Shown here: piece by piece, positions 7,671 through 16,120 of the stretch
Layout of the letters: every line of letters begins with the position of its first letter
Numbering within the stretch: the stretch's first letter is position 1
Source: a virus
Virus record (IMG/VR): IMGVR_UViG_3300045988_160528
Direction: 5' to 3' (one strand)
Length of the DNA stretch: 39,849 nt
The notes under the pieces: model-generated
Told to the model about the DNA's origin: nothing
The model's database searches: none
The model's input: the letters and a program-made list of their open reading frames with translations, nothing else
Position numbers and translations under genes: made by a program

Positions 7671-8413
7671 CGGATAAAAAGATTATCAAGGCAGAACCGA
7701 GGTACACAGCACCGTGTGCGCCCGGGGATACGGTGTATGTTGTAAACTGCGACTACAGCGGCGCATATGTACGCAATCGTACAATTACACGCGTTGCTTT
7801 TGAAACAGACAACAACCCGCGGGACTCCTTTACAAAAGGGGCAATCGGAAAGAACGTATTTCTTGACCGCGAAGAAGCCGAAACGACGGCGGCTTCCGAC
7901 GCTGCCAAAAAGCTGGTTGAGCAGGCAAAGGCGGATCATGAAGCATATCAGGACTATATAGTCTGCGCAGCCAAAGATCAGTCGGAGGCCGACAAGCTCA
8001 AAACAAAAGACAAGACCTGCAGGGACTGCATACATCATGATGTTTGCACTCTTGCCGATGATGCGCGATTTAAGGACGACATCCGCAAGCACTGCGAGAA
8101 CTACAAGGACAAGGCACTGTGCATATGGCCGCCCTGCAGGGTTGGGGACGCGATATATGTTATAGTTCGCACGTCCCGCGGAGATGAGATCGCTCTCGGG
8201 TTGGTCGAGGGTATAATTGTCAACCGCTGGTGCAGAGACAACGACGAGGTGCGGATAACATATACGATGGACTATGCGATGTATGATCTGGCGTTTCATG
8301 ACAAGGAAACCGTCATATGGCCGCAGGAAGATGAAGATCCGTATGTGTTTATGAGCTATGAATCCGCCGAGGCGGAGCTTGAAAGGCGGCGGAAACGTGA
8401 GGCGGGAAAATGA
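7667..8413 (+). CDS. Hypothetical protein in which the PCxxGD-VY domain is duplicated around a CRDCIHH zinc motif.
   Basis: ATGA overlap. The motifs are APCAPGDTVYVV, CRDCIHHDVCTL and PPCRVGDAIYVIV. Confidence 0.5.
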   Translation: MTDKKIIKAEPRYTAPCAPGDTVYVVNCDYSGAYVRNRTITRVAFETDNNPRDSFTKGAIGKNVFLDREEAETTAASDAAKKLVEQAKADHEAYQDYIVCAAKDQSEADKLKTKDKTCRDCIHHDVCTLADDARFKDDIRKHCENYKDKALCIWPPCRVGDAIYVIVRTSRGDEIALGLVEGIIVNRWCRDNDEVRITYTMDYAMYDLAFHDKETVIWPQEDEDPYVFMSYESAEAELERRRKREAGK

Positions 8414-8613
8414 CAACGGACGAAGCTAAGACAGCCTGCAAAAGCGGACAGACGGTTATATTCCGCGGGGGTGAGTATGCCGTTGCTCACATAAACACAT
8501 GGTACGACAGGCATGAAGGCGGATGGCGCAACTCTCTTGAGCTTGTGCCCCGCTCCGGTGCAAACAGCATAACGGTGGCGCGTATGAGAGACTGCGAGGT
8601 AAAAAATGAGTGA
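8410..8613 (+). CDS. Hypothetical protein.
   Basis: ATGA overlap. Confidence 0.4.
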   Translation: MTTDEAKTACKSGQTVIFRGGEYAVAHINTWYDRHEGGWRNSLELVPRSGANSITVARMRDCEVKNE

Positions 8614-8812
8614 GCGCAACAGGATAAAACAATACTATGCCGTTGTTACCAACGACAAGTATGAGCTGCCGGTTATGGTGGGCAGGGTCGATGAGGTTGC
8701 GGATTATCTCGGGATCAAGATCGGGAGCATCTATACATATTTCTCCCGCGGGTGCAGCAACACTTTTGACCGCAAATACAAAATTGTTAAGCTCAATTTT
8801 AAAGGACGGTGA
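8606..8812 (+). CDS. Small putative HTH protein.
   Basis: ATGA overlap. VDEVADYLGIKIGSIYTYFSRG is HTH-like. Confidence 0.4.
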   Translation: MSERNRIKQYYAVVTNDKYELPVMVGRVDEVADYLGIKIGSIYTYFSRGCSNTFDRKYKIVKLNFKGR

Positions 8813-8816
8813 GATA

Positions 8817-9020
8817 ATGGACAAAAATGCCGGCAATAAGTCGACCGTCGAGGAAAAGCGTGATATCATAGAGCAAAGTAAAGCTATGGGAAAGGGGTAT
8901 CCATGCATGCAATGCAGCCCCGGGAGCCGGGAAAACTGCGCACACATAAAGCATTGCGAAAGATACCGCGCATGGTTACACAGGAAATGGACGGAAATAC
9001 AAAATACGCTGAAGCGATAG
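8817..9020 (+). CDS. Cys-rich hypothetical protein.
   Basis: The ATG at 8817 is 5 nt after the upstream stop. Cysteine motifs: CMQC...C..C. Confidence 0.4.
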   Translation: MDKNAGNKSTVEEKRDIIEQSKAMGKGYPCMQCSPGSRENCAHIKHCERYRAWLHRKWTEIQNTLKR

Positions 9021-9160
9021 ATTATCTATACCGCGAAGCGGACGGTTATACTGACGAGGAAGAGTTTGCGGCGGGCATACGCTACGCCGCAGACATCCTG
9101 AAGGAGTTTGGCGATGATGAATCATATAGAGATACCGATACAGCTGCCGAGCTTGAATGA
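8987..9160 (+). CDS. Hypothetical acidic protein; start uncertain.
   Basis: The ORF frame 8903..9160 has several candidate ATGs and a weak RBS. It overlaps its neighbours. Confidence 0.25.
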   Translation: MDGNTKYAEAIDYLYREADGYTDEEEFAAGIRYAADILKEFGDDESYRDTDTAAELE

Positions 9161-9488
9161 GTACACATATGCTTGCCGCAGCCACTGGTCGACCGGACGC
9201 AAATTTAAGGCGGACGTTGAGCAGGCTATATGTGCCTACATAAACAAGGCTATTGCAGAGGGCAAATGCCGCCGGGTGACAGCTCCGTGCGAAATATGCC
9301 TTGTGTGGAAAGAGCGCACGAAAAGGCGGGATGCGGACAACATACAGAGCGGCGCCAAATTTGTTTTGGACTCGCTGAAAAGCTGCGGAGTCATCAAGGA
9401 TGACTCGCGGTGGTATGTTACGCAGGTATACCACAGGATCGTGGATGCCGATGCTGACGGTGTCGATGTGATCATTAAGGAGGCTTGA
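9114..9488 (+). CDS. rusA: RusA-family Holliday-junction resolvase.
   Basis: AAGGAG is 7 nt before the ATG at 9114. The block RRDADNIQSGAKFVLDSLKSCGVIKDDSRW matches the RusA catalytic signature. Confidence 0.65.
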   Translation: MMNHIEIPIQLPSLNEYTYACRSHWSTGRKFKADVEQAICAYINKAIAEGKCRRVTAPCEICLVWKERTKRRDADNIQSGAKFVLDSLKSCGVIKDDSRWYVTQVYHRIVDADADGVDVIIKEA

Positions 9489-9493
9489 GCGTT

Positions 9494-9718
9494 ATGGCAA
9501 CTGAGTCTCAGAGTGCAAAGTGTCCGTTTTACATCCGCGAAACGCCGACGACCATATATTGTGAGGGCGTTATACGGCGCACGACAATCAAAAATATTTT
9601 TGCAACCGAGAGACACGCTGTGGCTCACCGCTGCCGGTACTGCAACAGGATCAAGGGCTATCGGGAGTGCGGGCTTTATGAGGCGGTCTTGGGAAAATAC
9701 GAAAGGAAAGATTTATGA
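9494..9718 (+). CDS. Cys-rich hypothetical protein.
   Basis: AAGGAGG is upstream. Cysteine motifs: CPF..C....C..C. Confidence 0.4.
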   Translation: MATESQSAKCPFYIRETPTTIYCEGVIRRTTIKNIFATERHAVAHRCRYCNRIKGYRECGLYEAVLGKYERKDL

Positions 9719-10329
9719 AATTTAAGATAGGAGACAAAGTAAGAGTTAAAGAGTGGAAAGACGTGCTGAAGGTATGCGGCATTGACAAAGACCACAGCTC
9801 CGGCGCAGTATATATTATTGCTAAAGCTGTAGCAGACGTTTGCGGTCTTGTTTTTACCGTGACAGAGTGCCGTAAAAACAGGGGTTGTTACAGCATAAGC
9901 GGACTTGACCGTTTCGGGCATGAAATAAAGACGGTACTTGTAGAGGAGCTGCTTGAGCCGGTCTGCGACGCTAGAATCCTTATTACCACAAACGGCAAAG
10001 AGACGCTTGCAAGGCTTTACGAGGACGGAGAAGTCAAAAAATCCGCAAAAGCTGAGTGTTCGCCCGATGATAAGTTTGACTTTGCGGTCGGCGCGAAGAT
10101 TGCGTTTGAGCGGCTGACGAAGACGAATGACCCCAAATATATCAAGGGGGCAAAATACATGGTTATAGGAAACAGCTATCCATTGCACTATTTTCCCATC
10201 GGCACAATTGTAACGGGAACAGACACAAGCGCCACTAATGCCGGTAGTGGCTGGTTTAGATCAGGACATATAAGTCAGATTGTAAATCTCTGCGACGTAA
10301 AACTTGTCGGAAAACCGAGCCGCAGATAA
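9715..10329 (+). CDS. Hypothetical protein; last gene of the early rightward operon.
   Basis: ATGA overlap, followed by a terminator. Confidence 0.5.
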   Translation: MKFKIGDKVRVKEWKDVLKVCGIDKDHSSGAVYIIAKAVADVCGLVFTVTECRKNRGCYSISGLDRFGHEIKTVLVEELLEPVCDARILITTNGKETLARLYEDGEVKKSAKAECSPDDKFDFAVGAKIAFERLTKTNDPKYIKGAKYMVIGNSYPLHYFPIGTIVTGTDTSATNAGSGWFRSGHISQIVNLCDVKLVGKPSRR

Positions 10330-10343
10330 AGCATAAGAGCAAC

Positions 10344-10378
10344 AAAAAAAGACCGAGGAGAAATCCCCGGTCCTTTTT
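10344..10378. terminator. Bidirectional intrinsic terminator.
   Basis: An A-run, then the hairpin GACCGaGG...CCcCGGTC, then a T-run. It lies between convergent gene sets. Confidence 0.55.
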
Positions 10379-10381
10379 GTA

Positions 10382-10714
10382 TTAATCCAGCAGATCCGCA
10401 AGGATCAGACGCATAAGGTACTGAGGCGGCTCGCGGTGTTCTTTCGACGTTGTTGCCCAGTTTTCCACTGTGCGATACGGTATACCGTAATCCCGCGCAA
10501 ACTCTGCCATGCTGCCGCCATGGAGCTTGATCAGGTCATTAACGTCTATGCCGTCCCTGCAGGAGTACAGCAGCGTAAGAGTCTCTACCGCCTTATCAGC
10601 ATCCTCGTAATAGCTATCGTCCGGCAGAGAGCCGCCGCACTCTGCTATGTAATGCTCAAGGTCTTTGCACTCCTGCGCGTCCTGCAGCAGGCGCTTTACT
10701 TCAGATACTTTCAT
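10382..10714 (-). CDS. Opposite-strand accessory protein with a C-terminal HTH-like segment.
   Basis: Strong RBS AAGGAGG (minus strand). The C-terminal segment is GGSMAEFARDYGIPYRTVENW. Confidence 0.55.
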   Translation of the reverse strand: MKVSEVKRLLQDAQECKDLEHYIAECGGSLPDDSYYEDADKAVETLTLLYSCRDGIDVNDLIKLHGGSMAEFARDYGIPYRTVENWATTSKEHREPPQYLMRLILADLLD

Positions 10715-10729
10715 TCTTCTTCGTCCTCC

Positions 10730-10936
10730 TTAAAAATCAATCCCGTTGACATACTCTGCGACGCATATTGAGTCACATGTCTCGTTGCCGTCCTTGTCGT
10801 ATCCGGCGTCGATTGCAGCTATGATGCTGTTATCGCCAAGCTCCTTAGCCATCTCTACCGCCTCATCAAAATCAAATGAGCCGCTGCCCCAGTCGATATC
10901 CTCTCTGTCTGTCAGTGCTGCATACCAAAGTTTCAT
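10730..10936 (-). CDS. Small acidic hypothetical protein, co-oriented with 10382..10714.
   Basis: RBS AAAGGA (minus strand). It sits upstream of its partner and forms a two-gene minus-strand island. Confidence 0.5.
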   Translation of the reverse strand: MKLWYAALTDREDIDWGSGSFDFDEAVEMAKELGDNSIIAAIDAGYDKDGNETCDSICVAEYVNGIDF

Positions 10937-11102
10937 TGTGTTTTTCCTTTCTGCTTTTTCGGGCTCTGCCCTTTTGTTGTCTCTATTGTACCACTCAATG
11001 AGTGCAATGTCAATAGGCTTTGAAAAAGTTTTTCATAAAATCTTGTACAAATGTAAGGTGCTTAATTTGTGCATTTTGATATTTTGGGCTTGCAAAACGT
11101 AG

Positions 11103-11132
11103 TTATCACTTATTTTGGGCATTAGATACAAT
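11103..11132 (+). promoter_or_regulatory. Candidate late promoter upstream of terS.
   Basis: TTATCA, 18 nt, TACAAT, within an AT-rich 250-nt intergenic region. This call is weak. Confidence 0.25.
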
Positions 11133-11186
11133 ATCAATGTGGCTTGATGCCATAAATCACAGTAAAAATCTAACAGGAGGGATAAA

Positions 11187-11657
11187 ATGCCGAAACGTGA
11201 AGTAATCCCCGACGATGTGCTTAAAAAATGCATAGACGAGTATGTCAACGGCTCACAGCATATGACCGATCTTGCGGTTAAATACGGAGTTAAGTATCTC
11301 CCTTTGCGCCGAGCTATGATTAACGCCGGGGCAAGCGATCTCGCAAAGCGCAATGCCGCTGTGTCCTCTGCCGAGGTGGAGGCTGCCATGCGTGAGAGGC
11401 GGGAGAGGCTTAACGAGCTGTGCGATGCTCTTATAGAGCGGATTGAGACATATGCGGCAGATGATGAGTACCTTAAGCGCAACCTGCGGCAGCTGACTAA
11501 CTCGCTCAAGGATATTAAGTCCGTGCAGGGCATCGTAACCGATCTCGATCTCCGAGAGCAGGAGGCAAGGATTAAAAATTTGGAAAAAGCGTTTGAGAGT
11601 GACGGTGCGGGTGTTGTTATCAAGATTGAGGGCGGTGCCGACGCATGGAGCGAGTGA
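11187..11657 (+). CDS. terS: Terminase small subunit.
   Basis: RBS AGGAGGG. There is an N-terminal HTH-like region and a coiled C-terminus. It is immediately upstream of, and overlapping, the large terminase. Confidence 0.55.
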   Translation: MPKREVIPDDVLKKCIDEYVNGSQHMTDLAVKYGVKYLPLRRAMINAGASDLAKRNAAVSSAEVEAAMRERRERLNELCDALIERIETYAADDEYLKRNLRQLTNSLKDIKSVQGIVTDLDLREQEARIKNLEKAFESDGAGVVIKIEGGADAWSE

Positions 11658-13024
11658 TCACAATACCGGCGCCGTCTCCCCGGCAGGCGGAGTTTTTGGC
11701 GGCAAAGGCAAAGCACATCGGCTTCGGCGGCGCACGAGGCGGCGGGAAGAGCTGGGCGGTGCGTGCAAAAGCCATATTGCTGTGTCAGCGCTATCCTGGT
11801 ATACGCTGTCTGATTGTACGACGGACGTATCCGGAGCTTGTCAACAACCATATACGCATACTGCGTGAGCAGCTTTACGGGGTCGCCCGGTACAGCGATA
11901 AGGACAAGATACTCATGCTGCCCAACAAGTCAACCATATCATTTACGTACTGCGCCCGAGACTCCGATCTTGACCGCCTGCAGGGACAGGAGTACGACAT
12001 AATATTTTTGGACGAGGCAACGCAGCTGTCCGAGTATCAGATGAGAGCGATTACCGCCTGTATGCGCGGCACAAACGGTCTGCCCAAGCGTATGTATTAC
12101 ACCTGTAACCCCGGAGGACAGGGGCATGCGTATATCAAGCGCATATTTATCGACAAAAAATATGAGGATCGGGAAAACCCGGAGGAGTATTGCTTTATCC
12201 GCTCGCTTGTTACCGACAACAAGGTACTTATGAGGGAGCAACCAGAATACGTAGAGCAGCTTAAGGCACTGCCGCCAAAGCTCCGGAAAGCGTGGCTTGA
12301 GGGCGATTGGAACATATTTGAGGGACAGTTTTTCGAGGATTTTGTTGACGATCCCGATCACTACATGGACGGCAAGTGGACTCACGTTATCGAGCCCTTT
12401 GATGTGCCGCCGGACTGGAAAATATACCGCAGCTACGATTTCGGTTACGCAAAACCTTTCTCGTGCGCTTGGTGGGGTGTTGACCGTGACGGTGTTGTGT
12501 ACCGCATACTGGAGCTTTACGGATGCAACGGCACACCTAATGAGGGACTCAAGTGGGAGCCTGAGCGACAGTTCCAGAAAATTGCCGAGGTTGAGAGGGA
12601 GCATCCGTGGCTGCGCGGCAAGACAATATTCGGTGTTGCCGACCCGTCTATCTGGGACGGCTCCCGCGGCATATCGGTCAATGAGACGGCTGAGCGGCAC
12701 GGTGTTTTGTTTGAGCCGGGCATTAACGACCGTATATCCGGCTGGATGCAGATGCATTACAGACTCGCTTTTGATGAGAGCGGCAAGCCGATGATGTATG
12801 TTTTCCGCAACTGCAAGGATTTTATACGGACTATACCGCTGTTGCAGTACAGCGAGACCAAGCCCGAGGACTTGGACACGGACGGAGAGGATCATATAGC
12901 CGACGAAACGCGGTATTTCCTCATGTCCCGCCCGATATCCCCCGTTCCGGCAAAGCGCAAGGAATTTTGTGTATTTGTCGACCCGCTCGACACAGCTACA
13001 CACATGGAGGTAAAACGTGTTTAA
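11645..13024 (+). CDS. terL: Terminase large subunit.
   Basis: Walker A is GGARGGGKS and Walker B is IIFLDEA. C-terminal nuclease motifs are present (DFGYAKPF, DGEDHIADETRY). Confidence 0.9.
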   Translation: MERVITIPAPSPRQAEFLAAKAKHIGFGGARGGGKSWAVRAKAILLCQRYPGIRCLIVRRTYPELVNNHIRILREQLYGVARYSDKDKILMLPNKSTISFTYCARDSDLDRLQGQEYDIIFLDEATQLSEYQMRAITACMRGTNGLPKRMYYTCNPGGQGHAYIKRIFIDKKYEDRENPEEYCFIRSLVTDNKVLMREQPEYVEQLKALPPKLRKAWLEGDWNIFEGQFFEDFVDDPDHYMDGKWTHVIEPFDVPPDWKIYRSYDFGYAKPFSCAWWGVDRDGVVYRILELYGCNGTPNEGLKWEPERQFQKIAEVEREHPWLRGKTIFGVADPSIWDGSRGISVNETAERHGVLFEPGINDRISGWMQMHYRLAFDESGKPMMYVFRNCKDFIRTIPLLQYSETKPEDLDTDGEDHIADETRYFLMSRPISPVPAKRKEFCVFVDPLDTATHMEVKRV

Positions 13025-14912
13025 TTTACGCAAAAAAGAGGACAGTGTTAAAAATATGCCCATAGGCAGAGACGAGGTGCGCAAGGCAGCAGAAATACTG
13101 TCAAAGTACAAGAGCGCCAAATCGCACCTTGAGGCGAGGATCATCGAAAATGAGCAGTTTTGGAAGCTCAAGCAATGGCAGAGCTACAACGAGGTGTCCA
13201 AGCATGACATGCGCCTCGCCTCCGCGTGGCTCTGGAACACCGTGGTATCAAAGCGGGCTGACTATATGGACGCCTTCCCCGAGCCAAACATCCTGCCGCG
13301 TATGCCGGATGATGAGGCTGAGGCACAGCGGCTTACCGATGTTATCCCCGTTATACTCGATCAAAACGGATTTAAGGAGGTATACCGCGACGTTGTTACC
13401 TACAAGCTCAAGCAGGGCACCGGAGTATACGGTGTGTTTTGGGACTCGTCCAAGCACAACGGCGTAGGCGACATTGCAATCAAAAAAATGGATCTGCTGC
13501 GCCTGTTTTGGGAGCCCGGCGTAATCGACATACAGGACAGCGCAAACGTTTTTGTCGTTGACCTGGTTGACAATGATGTGCTGCAGCAGATATATCCGCA
13601 GCTCAGGGACAAGCTCAAGTCCAACGAGAGCCTTGTGTCAAAATACATATATGACGATACGGTCGACGCAACAAACAAGTCTTGTGTTGTGGACTGGTAC
13701 TACAAAAAAAGGTCAGGCTACAAATCGGTTTTGCATTTTTGCAAATTTGTGGGCGACGAGGTTTTGTATGCCACGGAAAACGATACGGAGCTGCCAAAGC
13801 ATTACATTACGGACGAGTACGGCGAGCTGACCGAGCAGCCCTACGGCAAGCCTCGCAGTGAGCGCGGATGGTATGAGCACGGCAGATATCCCTTTGTTTT
13901 TGACACTCTCTTTGACATAGAGGGCAGCATTGCCGGATACGGATACTTTGACTACGGCAAGGACACGCAAAAAGAGATCGACATTATCAATCAGGCTATA
14001 GTCAAAAATACTGTCTGCGGAGCAAAGCCGCGATATTTTATCAAAGAAAACGGCGCGGTAAACGAGTCGGAATTTGCCGACTGGCAGAATGATTTTATCC
14101 ACACGGGCGGATCTCTCGGACAGGACAGCATAAGACCTGTTGATTACAGTTCTCTCAGCGGCAATTATATTACGTTTCTGGATTACAAAACAGGTGAGCT
14201 CAAAGAGGTAACCGGAAACCGAGACGTTAACAACGGCGGTACAAGCGGAGCCACGGCCGCCAGCGCTATAGCTGCTATGCAGGAGGCGGGATCAAAGCAG
14301 AGCCGTGACGGTATATCGGCTACATACGAGGCATACAAGCAGGTTATTTATCTCGTTATTGAGCTTATGCGCGAGAAATACGACACCATGCGGTATTTCC
14401 GCATACAGGGGCAGAGCGGCGAGCCTCAGTATGTAGAGTATTCCAACGCTGACTTGAGAGCGCAGCCGCAGATGAGCGCGGCAGGCGCTGACATGGGACT
14501 GCGGATGCCCGAATTTGACATTGACGTTACGGCGGAAAAATCAAGCGAGTACACCAAAATGGCGCAGAATGAGCTTGCCCTGCAGCTTTACGGACTTGGC
14601 GTATTTAATCCGCAAAACGTCGACCAGAGCCTTATGCTGCTCGATGCGATGGATTTTTACGGCAAGGACGATATTGCACAGAAAATCAGTGCGAACGGCA
14701 CTATGCTTGATCAGCTTATGCAGTATCAGCAGATTGCGCTGACACTGGCGCAGAAATACGAGCCTCAGACAGCTGCGATGATAGCAGGCAGCATACAGCA
14801 GTCAGCTCCGCAGATGCAGCAGGCGAGTGTAAGCGTATCGGGCAATGCGGCGGAGGATACACGCATGCAAAAGGCACGTGATGCCGCACAGGAGAGGACG
14901 CAGCCGAGATGA
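13017..14912 (+). CDS. Portal protein.
   Basis: A 631-aa protein directly after terL, with a GTG start and GGAGG 6 nt upstream. Size and position are typical of a portal. Confidence 0.7.
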   Translation: MFNLRKKEDSVKNMPIGRDEVRKAAEILSKYKSAKSHLEARIIENEQFWKLKQWQSYNEVSKHDMRLASAWLWNTVVSKRADYMDAFPEPNILPRMPDDEAEAQRLTDVIPVILDQNGFKEVYRDVVTYKLKQGTGVYGVFWDSSKHNGVGDIAIKKMDLLRLFWEPGVIDIQDSANVFVVDLVDNDVLQQIYPQLRDKLKSNESLVSKYIYDDTVDATNKSCVVDWYYKKRSGYKSVLHFCKFVGDEVLYATENDTELPKHYITDEYGELTEQPYGKPRSERGWYEHGRYPFVFDTLFDIEGSIAGYGYFDYGKDTQKEIDIINQAIVKNTVCGAKPRYFIKENGAVNESEFADWQNDFIHTGGSLGQDSIRPVDYSSLSGNYITFLDYKTGELKEVTGNRDVNNGGTSGATAASAIAAMQEAGSKQSRDGISATYEAYKQVIYLVIELMREKYDTMRYFRIQGQSGEPQYVEYSNADLRAQPQMSAAGADMGLRMPEFDIDVTAEKSSEYTKMAQNELALQLYGLGVFNPQNVDQSLMLLDAMDFYGKDDIAQKISANGTMLDQLMQYQQIALTLAQKYEPQTAAMIAGSIQQSAPQMQQASVSVSGNAAEDTRMQKARDAAQERTQPR

Positions 14913-15169
14913 TAGAGGTTATCTACGACCGTGATGTGCCGTCAATATCGGCGAGCGGTCATGCAGGGTATGCTCCCGCCGGGCAGGATATAGTCTGCGC
15001 GGGAGTATCCGCACTGCTTGAAACTCTTGCAATGTATGCGACGGATGTACATGACAAGGGCAATTTTGTAATATCCGGCGGAGATACTTCTCTTTACGAT
15101 TTCGCCGCCGGAGGAATTGCCGAAATTTCGGAAAAATATCCCGAAAACGTGATTATCACCTATGTGTGA
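14909..15169 (+). CDS. prp: Prp-family cysteine protease (YsxB/DUF464-like), phage prohead processing type.
   Basis: GHAGYAPAGQDIVCAGVSAL matches the Prp catalytic His/Cys region. It sits between the portal and scaffold genes. Confidence 0.8.
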   Translation: MIEVIYDRDVPSISASGHAGYAPAGQDIVCAGVSALLETLAMYATDVHDKGNFVISGGDTSLYDFAAGGIAEISEKYPENVIITYV

Positions 15170-15223
15170 TATCTCTTTATAATCTACACAGAGTCACGGG
15201 CTTAACCCGGAGAAAGGATTTTT

Positions 15224-16093
15224 ATGAAGAAATTCGATTTACAGCTTTTCGCGGAGGAAAGCGCAGGCGAGGCGACAGGTGCGGTTATGAGTACCGCAGA
15301 TGCTGCCGGTATGCCGGTCGCCGACGGCGAAGCTGCGGGAGCACAGGCAGTCGATACTGCCGGCGCAGGGACTCCCACGGCGGATGAAAGACTTCCCTAT
15401 GACCGTATACGCGAAATGTATGCGGAGGACATCAACAAGACGGTAAAAAATGCTGTTGAGAAACGCCTCAGGCGGGAAAAGGACGCACAGGGCACGCTAA
15501 AAAAGCTGCAGCCCCTTGTAGACCGCGCTGCCAAAAAGTACAGCAAGGATGCAAAGGACATTGACGCTATTATGGCTGCCGTAAGTGCCGACAGAAGCTA
15601 TTACGAGGAGCTTGCCGAAAGAAACGGCACAACCCCCGAGATTGAGGAAATGCTTGAACGCTCGGCAGCAGAGGCAAGAAGCGCCCGCGAAGCTCTCGAA
15701 GAACGGGAGGAAGCGGACAGAAACCGTGAATTTGCCGAAAGAATAGGACGTCAGGTATTGGAAGTGAGAGAAAGGTTTCCCGATTTCGATCTGCAGACGG
15801 AATTGGACTCGAATCCTCAGTTTGCCAAGCTTGCTCAGAATCCGTCGCTGTCTCTCCTTGACGCATACAAGGCTACCCGATTTGACGAGGAAATAGCCAA
15901 GGCGATGCAAAACACCGCTCATGCCGTAGAAGCGAATGTTGTAAACAACATCCGAAGCGGCGCACAGGTAGCGGAAAACGGTCTCGGAAACACACCTCCT
16001 GCAACAGTTAAAAAAGATATTTCAAAACTGTCTCTCTCGGAAATACAGGAATACATAGAGAGAGCAAGGCGAGGAGAAGTTGTAACATTCTGA
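15224..16093 (+). CDS. Scaffolding protein.
   Basis: An acidic, Ala/Glu-rich helical protein upstream of the capsid gene. Its N-terminus is MKKFDLQLFAEES, which looks like a Prp cleavage motif. Confidence 0.65.
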   Translation: MKKFDLQLFAEESAGEATGAVMSTADAAGMPVADGEAAGAQAVDTAGAGTPTADERLPYDRIREMYAEDINKTVKNAVEKRLRREKDAQGTLKKLQPLVDRAAKKYSKDAKDIDAIMAAVSADRSYYEELAERNGTTPEIEEMLERSAAEARSAREALEEREEADRNREFAERIGRQVLEVRERFPDFDLQTELDSNPQFAKLAQNPSLSLLDAYKATRFDEEIAKAMQNTAHAVEANVVNNIRSGAQVAENGLGNTPPATVKKDISKLSLSEIQEYIERARRGEVVTF

Positions 16094-16120
16094 GCTTTTC
16101 CCCGCAGAAAGGGAAAAATT

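Noticed and set aside
11046-11070. TACAAAT...AATTTGT resembling the switch operator, upstream of terS
   Set aside because: The half-sites are separated by 11 nt instead of 1 nt, so this may be chance in an AT-rich region. It is kept only as a weak note.
11939-13171. Minus-strand 410-aa ORF
   Set aside because: It is antisense to the large terminase, which has Walker A/B motifs.
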